Positions 8,873-18,182 of a DNA stretch of 64,000 nt are shown one piece after another. Under the pieces are notes generated by a model, which saw only the letters and a list, made by a program, of their open reading frames with translations, searched no databases and was not told the origin of the DNA. The translations under genes were made by a program, and so were the position numbers. The first letter of the stretch is position 1, and each line of letters begins with the position of its first letter. Origin of the DNA: an uncultured Gemmatimonadales bacterium. Its GTDB lineage: Bacteria; Gemmatimonadota; Gemmatimonadetes; Gemmatimonadales; GWC2-71-9. The stretch is from positions 125,195 to 189,194 of the forward strand of contig CAWKMI010000017.1 of the NCBI GenBank assembly GCA_963850655.1, in the 5' to 3' direction.

Positions 8873-11800
8873 ATGCTCATCTCGCTCCGCCGCCCGGCAC
8901 TCTGGGCCACCGCCGCCTTTCTGGCCATTCCCGGCGCCTGGCGCGTGATCCGCGCACCGAGCCAGCCGCCTGGGGTCGCCAGGACCGCGATCGACACGGT
9001 GATCACCAAGGGCCTTGCCTGGCGCAACGTCGGTCCGCTCCGGGGGGGACGCTCGATCGCGATCAGCGGCGTGAAAGGACGCCCGGGCGAGGGCTATTTC
9101 GGCGCCACTGGCGGCGGACTCTGGAAGACGGGCGACAGCGGCAAGACGTGGGCCCCGGTGACAGACGGCCAGATGCACAGCGCTTCGGTCGGCGCGGTGG
9201 CGGTCTCGGAATCCAACCCCGATGTCGTCTACATCGGGATGGGCGAATCGTGCATCCGCGGCGACATCATGGCCGGTGACGGTGTCTACAAGTCGACCGA
9301 CGCCGGCAAGACCTGGACGCATGTCTGGGGCCAGTGATCAGCAGACCATCTCCAAGATCCGGATCCATCCCGACAACCCCGACATCGTCTTCGTCGCCGC
9401 GTTCGGGCATGTACGGCGCACCCGACGATGAGCGCGGCGTCTTCAAGAGCACCGACGGCGGCAAGACCTGGCGCCGGGTGCTGTTCCGCGACGACAGGAC
9501 CGGCGGCCATCGACATCTCCATCGACCGCGCCAACCCCCAGGTGATGTATGCCGCGCTCTGGGAAGCGTGGCGCAAGGAGTACTCGATGTCGAGCGGCGG
9601 CCCGGGGAGCGGCCTCTTCAAGTCGACCGATGGCGGCGAGACGCTGGACCGAGATCACCCGGAATCCCGGCCTGCCGGCCGGCATCGATCGGCAAGATCG
9701 GCGTCTCGGTCTCCGGCGCCGACCCCAACCGCGTCTATGCCGAGATCGAGAACGACAACGGCGGCCTCTTCCGCTCCGATGACGCCGGGGCCACCTGGAC
9801 CCTGGTCAACAGCGGCCGCAACATCCGCCAGCGCGCGTTCTACTACACGCACGTCACCGCCGACCCGCACAACAAGGACCTGGTCTACGTCCAGAATGTC
9901 GGCACGCTGCGGTCGACCGACGGCGGCAAGACCATGACCAACTACTGCCGGCGGCGATTCCCACGACATGTGGATCGACCCGGACGACTCGCAGCACATG
10001 CTGTATGCCAGCGACGGTGGCGGCGCCGTGACCTACGACGCGCTCGGCGCACACGCCTTCAGCTCGCGCGACTATCCCGACCGCCCAGATCTACCATGTC
10101 GTGGCGACCGCGCCACGTCCCCTACCAGCGTCTGCGGCGCCCAGCAGGACGCCAGCACGGTCTGCGTGCCGAGCGCTGCCGGCGGTGGCGGAGGCCGGGG
10201 CGGCGGCCGCGGCGGCGCCGCGCCGGCCACGTACAGTGCCGGCGGCGCGGAACCGGGCTACATCGCGCCCGATCCGAAGGATCCGGACATCTTCTACGCC
10301 GGCGGCAACAACGGCTCGTTCCTCACGCGGCTCAACCGGCGCACGGGCGAGGAGCGCGAGGTGGGGCCGTATCCGCGCATGTTCTCCGGCGAACCGTCGA
10401 GCGCGCTGGTCGAACGCTGGCAGTGGACCTATCCCGATCGTCTTCTCGCCGGTCGACCCCAACGTCCTCTACACCTCGTCGCAGCATGTGTGGAAGACGA
10501 CCAACGGCGGCCAGAGCTGGGACCGGATCTCGCCGGACCTCACCCGCCACGATCCGACGACGATGGGGATGTCCGGCGGCCCGATCACGCACGACATGAA
10601 CGGCCCCGAGGTCTACGCGGTGGTCTTCGCGCTCGGCCCCTCGAAGCGGGACGTGAACGTGCTCTGGGCGGGCTCGGACGACGGGATGATCCACGTCACC
10701 CGAAACGGCGGCAAGAACTGGAGCAACGTCACGCCGAAGGGGATGCCGGACTTCGGCCGGGTGAGCATCATCGATGCCGGTGCCTTCGATGCCGGGACCG
10801 CGTATGCCGCCGTCAAGCGACCACTGCTCGACGACGTCGGCGCCGTACATCTTCCGCACGCACGACTACGGCAAGACGTGGACGAAGATCGTCACCGGCA
10901 CTCGCCCCGAACGACTACGTGCATGTGGTGCGCGAGGATCCCACGCGCCCGGGCCTGCTCTACGCCGGGACGCAGCACGGCGTCTACCTCTCCTACGATG
11001 ACGGCGACCACTGGGAATCGCTGTCGCTGAACCTGCCCGATGTGCCGGTGGCCGACCTGATGGTCGAGGACAACTCCCTCGCGATCGCCACGCACGGGCG
11101 CGGGTTCTACATCCTCGACAACATTCAGCCGCTGCGGCAGTACACGCCCGCTCACTCGCGACCTCCGACGGCGCCGCACCTCTTCGCGCCCGTCCCGGCG
11201 ATCCGTGGCGCCGGCGGCGCGCGCGATCGAGTACTGGCTCAAGCAGCCGGCGGAGAAGCTCACCGTCGACATCCTCGACAAGGGGCAGGTGATCCGGACC
11301 TTCACCGGAACGCGGCGGCGGCCGCCGGCGGTGGACGCGGCGGCCGGGGCGGCGGCGGTGGTGGCCGGCGGAGGCGGTGGAACGCAGGACGCTTCGATGG
11401 CAGCCGGCACTCAATGCGGTCGACCTGGGATCTGCGCTATCCCGGCGCGACGACCTTCCCCGGGATGATCCTCTGGGGCGCCAGCACCAGCGGCCCGACC
11501 GCGACCCCGGGGACCTACACCGTGCGCCTGACCGTCGACGGCAAGTCATCAGACCCAGCCGCTCACGGTGGTGCGCCACCCGCTCCGCACCGACGTCACG
11601 CAGGCCGACCTGCAGGAGCAGTTCGACCTCGCGATCCAGATGCGCGACAAGGTGAGCGAGGCCAACAACGCGGTGATCGAGATCCGCGCGATCAAGCCGC
11701 AGGTGACCGACCGGCTCGGCAAGTCACCCGATGCGCGCTCACTGAAGGCGCGCGGCGACACGCTGACGCACGCCCTGGCGTCGTGGAGGAGGAGATCTAT

Positions 11801-12054
11801 CAGGTGCGGAATCAGAGCGGCCAGGATCCGCTCAACTTCCCGATCAAGATCAACAACCGACTCGCCTCGCTGCTCGGCGTGGTCACGAGTCGCCGACGCC
11901 CGGCCGATCGCCAGCGCCTACCCGATCTTCAAGGATCTGAGCGGCCGAACTCAAGGTGCAGACCGACAGGATGCAGCGCATCCTCTCGACCGACCTTCCG
12001 GCGTTCAATCGCGAGGCCCAACGGCTCGGCCTGGAAGCGCTGAAGGCCCAGTGA
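8873..12054 (+). pseudogene. BNR/sortilin (VPS10)-like repeat glycosyl hydrolase family protein (~1050 aa), multiply frameshifted
   Basis: Fragments 8759..9337 (ATG 8873, MLISLRRPALWATAAFLAIPGA), 9222..9431, 9334.., 9428..9937, 9968..12043, 10101..11030, 11205..11468 and 11568..12092. Repeated BNR-type motifs: KTGDSGKTW, KSTDAGKTW, KSTDGGKTW, RSDDAGATW, RSTDGGKTM, KTTNGGQSW, VTRNGGKNW, LSYDDGDHW. The conserved tail EEEIYQVRNQSGQDPLNFPIKINNRLASL ... NREAQRLGLEALKAQ ends near 12054. Confidence 0.7.
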
Positions 12055-12088
12055 CCGGCCGGGAAGCGGAGCCCGGATTGAAACGCGC

Positions 12089-12730
12089 CTAGGACTGCTT
12101 CCTCGGCTGGGGCAGCACCCGCAAGTACGGCTTCTTGGTGACCCAGCCCCCGGGGAAGCGCTTGTGGGCATCCTCATCCGAGAGCGAGGAGGCGACGATC
12201 ACGTCCTGCCCGTCAGTCCAGTCCGCCGGCGTCGCGACGGCAAACCCTGCCGTCAGCTGGAGCGAGTCGATGGCCCGGAGGATCTCCTGAAAATTCCGCC
12301 CGGTACTGGCGGGATAGGTGAGCATCAGCTTGATCTTGTGGTCGGGTCCGACGATGAACACCGACCGCACAGTCAGGGTGTTGTCGGCGTTGGGGTGGAT
12401 CATGTCGTACAGGTTCGCGACCTTGCGGGCCGGATCGCCGATCATCGGGAAGTTGACCGAGTTGCCGGTCACGTCGGCGATATCCTGCTCCCAGCGAACA
12501 TGTGACTCGACGGAATCGACGCTGAGGCCGATCACCTTCACGTTGCGCCGGTCGAACTCGGGCTTGAGGTAGGCGACGGCTCCCAGCTCCGTTGTACAGA
12601 CCGGAGTGAAGTCCTTGGGATGGGAGAAGAGCACCGCCCAGGAATCACCCTTCCACTGATGGAAGGAGATCGGGCCCTGGGTGGTGTCGGCGGTGAAGTC
12701 GGGGGCAAGATCTCCGAGCCGGACTGACAT
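12089..12730 (-). CDS. 1-Cys peroxiredoxin (Prx6-type thiol peroxidase)
   Basis: Start taken at MSVRLGDLAPDFTADTTQGPISFHQWKGDSWAVLFSHPKDFTPVCTTELG (ATG 12730; the track ORF extends to 12769). It carries the PVCTTE peroxidatic-Cys motif and is of full length for the family. Confidence 0.9.
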   Translation of the reverse strand: MSVRLGDLAPDFTADTTQGPISFHQWKGDSWAVLFSHPKDFTPVCTTELGAVAYLKPEFDRRNVKVIGLSVDSVESHVRWEQDIADVTGNSVNFPMIGDPARKVANLYDMIHPNADNTLTVRSVFIVGPDHKIKLMLTYPASTGRNFQEILRAIDSLQLTAGFAVATPADWTDGQDVIVASSLSDEDAHKRFPGGWVTKKPYLRVLPQPRKQS

Positions 12731-12977
12731 ATTGACTGCTCCAGAAAATGGTTCGTGCATGCGGCGCAACAGTCGCCAGAGGAGACGAGTATTCCTTGAG
12801 ACCGTTCCGGCTTGTCAAGGTCGACCTGGCGACCCGCCCGCTGCGGCGGCACCCCACCCCCGCTATACTGGGGTTGCCCCGGAGCCACGTCCGGGGAAAA
12901 CCACTGAATCCTCCGCCGTGGCGGGGGCCGATTCGGCAGCCGCCCGATCCGGGCACAGGAGCGCTTCATGGCACGTG

Positions 12978-13235
12978 ATGACCACGATGATGGATCATAC
13001 GACGACGAACCAGACGACAAGCTTGACGACGACTTCGAGCGATTCGCTCTTCCAGACCGAGGCTGACGTCACGTGTCCGTATTGCGGCGAGGGCGTGCAG
13101 ATTACGCTCGACCCCGACGGCGGGGAAGAACAGGAGTACGTGCAGGACTGCGAGATCTGCTGCCGCCCCTGGACCGTCCACGTGACCTATGACGACGAAG
13201 GTGCTGCTGACGTCTCGGTCGACACAACCGAGTAG
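12978..13235 (+). CDS. CPXCG motif-containing cysteine-rich small protein
   Basis: C-terminal 55 aa: VTCPYCGEGVQITLDPDGGEEQEYVQDCEICCRPWTVHVTYDD (CPxCG ... CxxCC). Start taken at ATG 12978. The N-terminal Thr-rich stretch is odd, and an acidic alternative frame from ATG ~12968 exists, so the start or frame of the first ~30 codons is uncertain. Confidence 0.6.
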   Translation: MTTMMDHTTTNQTTSLTTTSSDSLFQTEADVTCPYCGEGVQITLDPDGGEEQEYVQDCEICCRPWTVHVTYDDEGAADVSVDTTE

Positions 13236-13256
13236 GCTGCCTCACCGGCGCGGAGT

Positions 13257-14921
13257 TCAGGCGCCAAGCACCATGTCGAGCCTGGTGACCGAAGCCGGCG
13301 GAAAGGTGTGGACCACCGACTGTCCCGACGCCGCGACCTCCGTGACGGTCGGGACGATCGTGTCGGGACGCTCGAAGCTGTTCACCAAGTGCACATCCGC
13401 CGAAGCGAGCGTCGTGGCCTTCACCGAGCGGATGGACCCGCCCCGCAGCGTGATCTCGGTCGTCCGGCCATCCACCAGTGCCGGGTTCGTGACCGTCAGC
13501 GTCACCTGGCGATCGCGCACAGAGGCCGAGCAGTTGAGCCCACGTTGGCTGCGCGGCGTGCCATCCTTCGCCTGCCACGACGTGGGCGGCGTGGAGACGA
13601 CGCTTCGCAGCGCCCTCGCCCCCTGATGCGCCGCGTACATCGCAAAGACATGATAGGTCGGCGTCTTGACGAACTTGTCCTCGTGGGACAGGAAGAGCGC
13701 ATGGATGCAGTTGATCAACTGCGCCACATTGGCCATGGCGACCTTGTCGGCATGGCGGTTGAACGTGTCGAGGGTGAGACCGGCCACCACGGCGTCCCGC
13801 ATCGTGGATTGCGACTCGAAGAGATGCGCCGGATCGGCAATCGGAGCGGTCCGGTGCCAGGCACCCCACTCATCGACGACCAGCTTGATTCGGTGCCCCC
13901 GATCCGCCCGCGCCATCTCCTGCCAGTGGGAGGTGATGAGTCCCTCCATCCGGTCGGAGCTGCTGACGAGATCGTACCAGCCGCGTGCGTCGTAGGCCAC
14001 CGCGTCGGCGCCAGCATCCCCGGCGCTGCTGTAGTGGTGCAGCGCCCACCCCTTGACCATGTCGAGACTGTTGCGTTCTGCCATCGCGCCGAAGAAGCGG
14101 CGGGTCCACTCCAGGTCCCCGCCATTGGGCCCCGAGGCAATGAACTGCAGATCGACCCCGAATTCCGGCGCCGAGACACCGAAGCGCCGATACTCGCCGG
14201 CGTACTCCTCCGGGGTGAAATTGCCGCCGCAGCCCCATGACTCATTCCCGACGCCCCAGTAGCGCACGCCAAATGGCTCCCGATCACCCGCGGCGGCTCG
14301 CACGTCCGCCCACGTAGTGCTGCCCGCCGGCGAATTGCAGTACTCGAGCCACTGGGTGAACGCGAGCGCCGGCAAGGACCGCACGTTGACGGCAAGGTAC
14401 GGCTGGGAGCCGATCAGACGGCAGAAGTGCAGGAACTCCGAGGTACCGAAGGCGTTGGGGTCGAACTTCGCGGGGATGTTGCCGAGGGCCCTGAACGCGG
14501 GATCATCGGACCAGAAGTTGTTGCGCCGTGGCCGCTGGGACCTCGGCCCGACCCCGTCACGCCAATCGTATGAATCGGCAAAACACCCGCCGGGCCAGCG
14601 CATGACACTCGGCTTGATGGGCCGGAGCGCCTCGACAAGGGCCTTCCGGATGCCGCCGATGTTGGGGATGCTTGAGTTCTCCCCCACCCAGATCCCGTCG
14701 TAGACCACCCCCCCGAGATGCTCGGCAAAGTGGCCATAGATCTCGGGGGCGATCGTGCCAATCGGCTCGTCGAGCAAGAGGTCGATGCGGGAGTCGGCAA
14801 GCCGCGAGCGAACCCCGTCACCGAGCGTGCGCAGGATGGGCCACTGCGGGACCAGCATGGCAGCACCACCCACCATCGCCGTCCCGAGAAAACCCCGCCG
14901 AGCCAACAGGCGTGCACTCAT
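13257..14921 (-). CDS. GH51 alpha-L-arabinofuranosidase, Tat-type leader
   Basis: Intact 554-aa ORF with leader MSARLLARRGFLGTAMVGGAAMLV. Family-typical segments: MRWPGGCFADSYDWRDGVGP, YWGVGNESWGCGGNF, LVVDEWGAWH. Confidence 0.85.
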   Translation of the reverse strand: MSARLLARRGFLGTAMVGGAAMLVPQWPILRTLGDGVRSRLADSRIDLLLDEPIGTIAPEIYGHFAEHLGGVVYDGIWVGENSSIPNIGGIRKALVEALRPIKPSVMRWPGGCFADSYDWRDGVGPRSQRPRRNNFWSDDPAFRALGNIPAKFDPNAFGTSEFLHFCRLIGSQPYLAVNVRSLPALAFTQWLEYCNSPAGSTTWADVRAAAGDREPFGVRYWGVGNESWGCGGNFTPEEYAGEYRRFGVSAPEFGVDLQFIASGPNGGDLEWTRRFFGAMAERNSLDMVKGWALHHYSSAGDAGADAVAYDARGWYDLVSSSDRMEGLITSHWQEMARADRGHRIKLVVDEWGAWHRTAPIADPAHLFESQSTMRDAVVAGLTLDTFNRHADKVAMANVAQLINCIHALFLSHEDKFVKTPTYHVFAMYAAHQGARALRSVVSTPPTSWQAKDGTPRSQRGLNCSASVRDRQVTLTVTNPALVDGRTTEITLRGGSIRSVKATTLASADVHLVNSFERPDTIVPTVTEVAASGQSVVHTFPPASVTRLDMVLGA

Positions 14922-14975
14922 GGTCGCTTCCTCCCGGCAACAGCCAGCGAATCAGGCACCTTCTGCAGAAGAGAT

Positions 14976-17153
14976 TCAGTTTCCGGTCACGCGGACAACC
15001 TTGTCGAGCCGGATATCCGCCGAGGAGGCGCCCACTTCCAGGCGTAGCTGCTCGTCCTCGACCCGCCAACCGTGTGCGTCGGCGCTCCAGTATGCCACCC
15101 CGGCGACCGGTACCGACATCTCGATCAGGCGGGTCTCCCCCGGTTGCAGCGAGACGCGCCGGTACCCGCGAAGGTCCTGACGGGGCCGATCGGGCACCGC
15201 GCCGAGATGCTGCACGTAAAGCTGCACCACCTCGTCACCAGCGCGTGAACCGATATTGCTGAGGTTGATCCGCACCACGATCGTGTCCCCCGCCCCCACC
15301 GAGTCCGCACTCACTCGCAGCGAATCATAGGCGAAAGTGGTGTAACTGAGTCCGTGGCCGAAGGGATAGAGCGGTGGCCCATCGAAGTAGCGGTAGGTGT
15401 GACCGGCCATCCGGTAGTCGTCGAACGCCGGAAGGTCCGCCACGCTCCGGTAGAAAGTGACCGGCAGGCGACCGGCCGGGTTGTAGTCGCCGAACAGCAC
15501 GTCGGCAATTGCATTGCCGCCCGCCTGCCCCGGATACCACGCCTCGACGATCGCGGGGACATGCTCCTGCGCCCAGTTGACGGCAAGGGCGCTACCGTTG
15601 AGGAGCACCAAGACAACGGGTTTTCCGGTCGCCACGACCTGCTCGAGCAGTCGCTCCTGCGGATCGGGAAGATCGATCCGCGTCCGGTCGCCGCCACGGA
15701 AGCCAGCGACCTGCACCCGCATCTCCTCACCTTCGAGACGGTTCGTGAGCCCGAGGACAAGCACCACTGCATCGGCCGACCTGGAGACCCGCAGCGCTTC
15801 GGCAAGGAGCGAGTCCGCCGAGGTGGAATCCGGGGACGGAACACCAACCGCCAGGTTGGCGCCGCGGGCGAACAGCACCTCGGTTTGCTCCGAGACCGCC
15901 TCTCGAATTCCTCGCAACGGGGTGACCGGGTCAGACGGAGTGCCATTGTAATTGCCGAGCAGCACCTCGGCCTGATCGGCATTCGGACCGATCACCGCCA
16001 GCCGGTCAAGGTCCTTGCGCAGTGGCAGCGTCCCACTCGCATTCTTGAGCAGGACCATTGATTCGCGCGCGACCCGGCGCGCGAGCTCGCGATGGCTCGG
16101 TTGATCGAGGACCGAATAGGGTATCCTGGCAAAGGGCACACGATCCGGCGGATCGAACATGCCAAGCTTGAAGCGGGCGAGAAAGAGCCGCGTGACCGCG
16201 GTGTCCAGCTCAGCCTCGGCGATCAGCCCCTGCCCCACCGCCGCCACGAGGTTGTCATAGACCCCGCCGCACTCGAGATCGGTGCCGGTTCGCACCGCGA
16301 GCGCTGCCGCCTCGGCACCGCTCGGCACCACCCGGTGACGCTGGTAGATGTCGTTGATGGCACCACAGTCGGAGACCACATAGCCCGGAAATCCCCACTG
16401 GCCTCGCAGGATGTCGGACAGCAGCAGATCGCTGCCACATGCCGGCTTGCCATCGACGCGGTTGTAGGCGCACATCAGGGAATACGCGCCGCCCTGACGG
16501 ATTCCCGCCTCGAATTGCGGCAGGTAGCTCTCGTGCAGGTCCCGGTCGCTGACCACCGCGTCAAATGTGTGTCGCTCCGGCTCCGGCCCGCTGTGGACGG
16601 CGAAGTGCTTCACGGTGGCCACCGTCTTCAGGTAGGTCGGATCATCGCCCTGCATTCCATGGATGAACTGCACAGCGAGCCGCCCAGCGAGAAACGGATC
16701 CTCGCCGTAGGTCTCCTGCCCACGCCCCCACCGTGGATCCCGGAACAGGTTGATGTTCGGCGACCAGAAGGTCAGGCCGCCATAGCGATCGTGCTTGCCT
16801 TGGCGGCGATACTCGTGGTACTTGGCGCGCGCCTCGTCGGAAACCACCGTCGCCATCTGCAAGACGAGCGAGTCGTCCCACGTGGCCGCCAGCCCAATGG
16901 CCTGCGGAAAGACCGTCGCCAGTCCCGAGCGCGCCACGCCATGGAGAGCCTCGTTCCACCAGTTGTATGCCGGAATGCCGAGCCGCTCGATGGCGGGGGC
17001 AACATCCTTCATCTGGGAGACTTTCTCGGCGAGCGTCATCTGGGCGACAAGGTCGCGGGCCCGTTGCTCGAACGAGAGCTGGGCGATGGCAGGATGACAG
17101 AGAATGGCGAGCGCGACACCGGCGGCAACAACGGCCCTGCGAGCGATGGCCAT
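14976..17153 (-). CDS. GH3 beta-glucosidase / beta-xylosidase (BglX-like), secreted
   Basis: Intact 725-aa ORF with a signal peptide. GH3 motifs: NWWNEALHGV, KHFAVHSGPE, and GYVVSDCGAI (nucleophile Asp region). C-terminal fibronectin-like domain. Confidence 0.85.
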   Translation of the reverse strand: MAIARRAVVAAGVALAILCHPAIAQLSFEQRARDLVAQMTLAEKVSQMKDVAPAIERLGIPAYNWWNEALHGVARSGLATVFPQAIGLAATWDDSLVLQMATVVSDEARAKYHEYRRQGKHDRYGGLTFWSPNINLFRDPRWGRGQETYGEDPFLAGRLAVQFIHGMQGDDPTYLKTVATVKHFAVHSGPEPERHTFDAVVSDRDLHESYLPQFEAGIRQGGAYSLMCAYNRVDGKPACGSDLLLSDILRGQWGFPGYVVSDCGAINDIYQRHRVVPSGAEAAALAVRTGTDLECGGVYDNLVAAVGQGLIAEAELDTAVTRLFLARFKLGMFDPPDRVPFARIPYSVLDQPSHRELARRVARESMVLLKNASGTLPLRKDLDRLAVIGPNADQAEVLLGNYNGTPSDPVTPLRGIREAVSEQTEVLFARGANLAVGVPSPDSTSADSLLAEALRVSRSADAVVLVLGLTNRLEGEEMRVQVAGFRGGDRTRIDLPDPQERLLEQVVATGKPVVLVLLNGSALAVNWAQEHVPAIVEAWYPGQAGGNAIADVLFGDYNPAGRLPVTFYRSVADLPAFDDYRMAGHTYRYFDGPPLYPFGHGLSYTTFAYDSLRVSADSVGAGDTIVVRINLSNIGSRAGDEVVQLYVQHLGAVPDRPRQDLRGYRRVSLQPGETRLIEMSVPVAGVAYWSADAHGWRVEDEQLRLEVGASSADIRLDKVVRVTGN

Positions 17154-17188
17154 GGATCCCTCGTGAAAGGCGGGGCGAGAACGCGAGG

Positions 17189-17548
17189 CTAGTCCCTCGA
17201 GGGCTTCGTTTCTCCCGGCTTGGCGACCTCGACGGCGAGCGTGAAGGTCCTGACCTCCTCCGGCTGCAGCGCCCCCACGCCGATGATCTGGCGGGCGATC
17301 TCCTCACCGCGGTCGTTCCGGATCGTCACCACCATCGAATACTCCCAGGCCTCACCGGCCGCCGGATGGCGGACGGTGCCCTCGATCTGCAGTGCCGAGA
17401 ATCCCGGCACCGGGCGCTGCGCGGCACCGGGTTCGAAGCGCAGGTGGTGCTTGCACCCCGGGCAGACGGCGGCGCTCTCGAGAATCGTGGCCCGACAGTG
17501 CGGGCAGGTCCGCGTCGCCCCGGGAACGCCCTGACGCGCGACGCTCAT
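17189..17548 (-). CDS. Zinc-ribbon protein of unknown function (CxxC...CxxC plus a beta-rich C-terminal domain)
   Basis: Start at MSVARQG (ATG 17548), which overlaps the bactofilin stop as ATGA. Zinc-ribbon motif TCPHCRATILESAAVCPGCKH. I recognise no family. Confidence 0.5.
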   Translation of the reverse strand: MSVARQGVPGATRTCPHCRATILESAAVCPGCKHHLRFEPGAAQRPVPGFSALQIEGTVRHPAAGEAWEYSMVVTIRNDRGEEIARQIIGVGALQPEEVRTFTLAVEVAKPGETKPSRD

Positions 17549-18048
17549 GCGGCGGTGCCGCCCTCCATCTTCATGCCGGTCACCCGTGCCGCCTTCTCCT
17601 CCCACCCGAACTCGACCTGGCCTCGCATCCGTGACCCGGCCGCCACTGTGAGCGAACCCGACTTGAGATCCCCGTTGAGGATTCCCGTGTCGAGCAACTC
17701 GACGCGAGAAGCCGCATCGATATTGCCTTCAAGTTCCCCGGCAATAATGACGATGTTCGCCCGGACCCCGCCGGTGACCTTCGCGCCGGCTTCGATCGTC
17801 AGGTGTCCCTGCACATTGATGTCGCCCTTGAAGCGCCCGGCGATACGCACGTGCCCTGCGCCTTCGATCTTGCCCTCGATCGTGAGGTCGGCAGCAATGA
17901 GGGATTCCTTGGTGTCTGGCACGGTCGCCCTCCGGGGCATGTCGTGACTGGGGGATGACTCGATTCTGGGGGCCACTTCGGCCCTCGGCGGCGGCGTGGT
18001 GGGCACGGGGTCCTTCTTCGGGGGGGCTTGCTCCTTCCAGAGGGCCAT
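17545..18048 (-). CDS. Bactofilin (polymer-forming cytoskeletal protein, DUF583)
   Basis: Intact 167-aa ORF with a Pro-rich N-terminus followed by the beta-helical repeat pattern LTIEGKIEGAGHVRIAGRFKGDINVQGHLTIEAGAKVTGGVRANIVIIAGELEGNIDA. Confidence 0.85.
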   Translation of the reverse strand: MALWKEQAPPKKDPVPTTPPPRAEVAPRIESSPSHDMPRRATVPDTKESLIAADLTIEGKIEGAGHVRIAGRFKGDINVQGHLTIEAGAKVTGGVRANIVIIAGELEGNIDAASRVELLDTGILNGDLKSGSLTVAAGSRMRGQVEFGWEEKAARVTGMKMEGGTAA

Positions 18049-18182
18049 GGCTCAAGACTCCTGTACGAGTGACGATGCGCAGCCGGCGCCGGGATCTCCC
18101 TAAGATACCCCGGCGCTGCGAGAGGGGAACTCAATGGGGACGACCGACGCCCCGTCCGTCGCACCACAGCTCGGGCAGCGGC

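Noticed and set aside
3936-12054. Programmed ribosomal frameshifting or recoding as an explanation for the split genes
   Set aside because: There are far too many frame changes per gene (six or more in 1.7 kb). They go in both directions, affect unrelated genes, and lack recurrent slippery heptamers or downstream structures.
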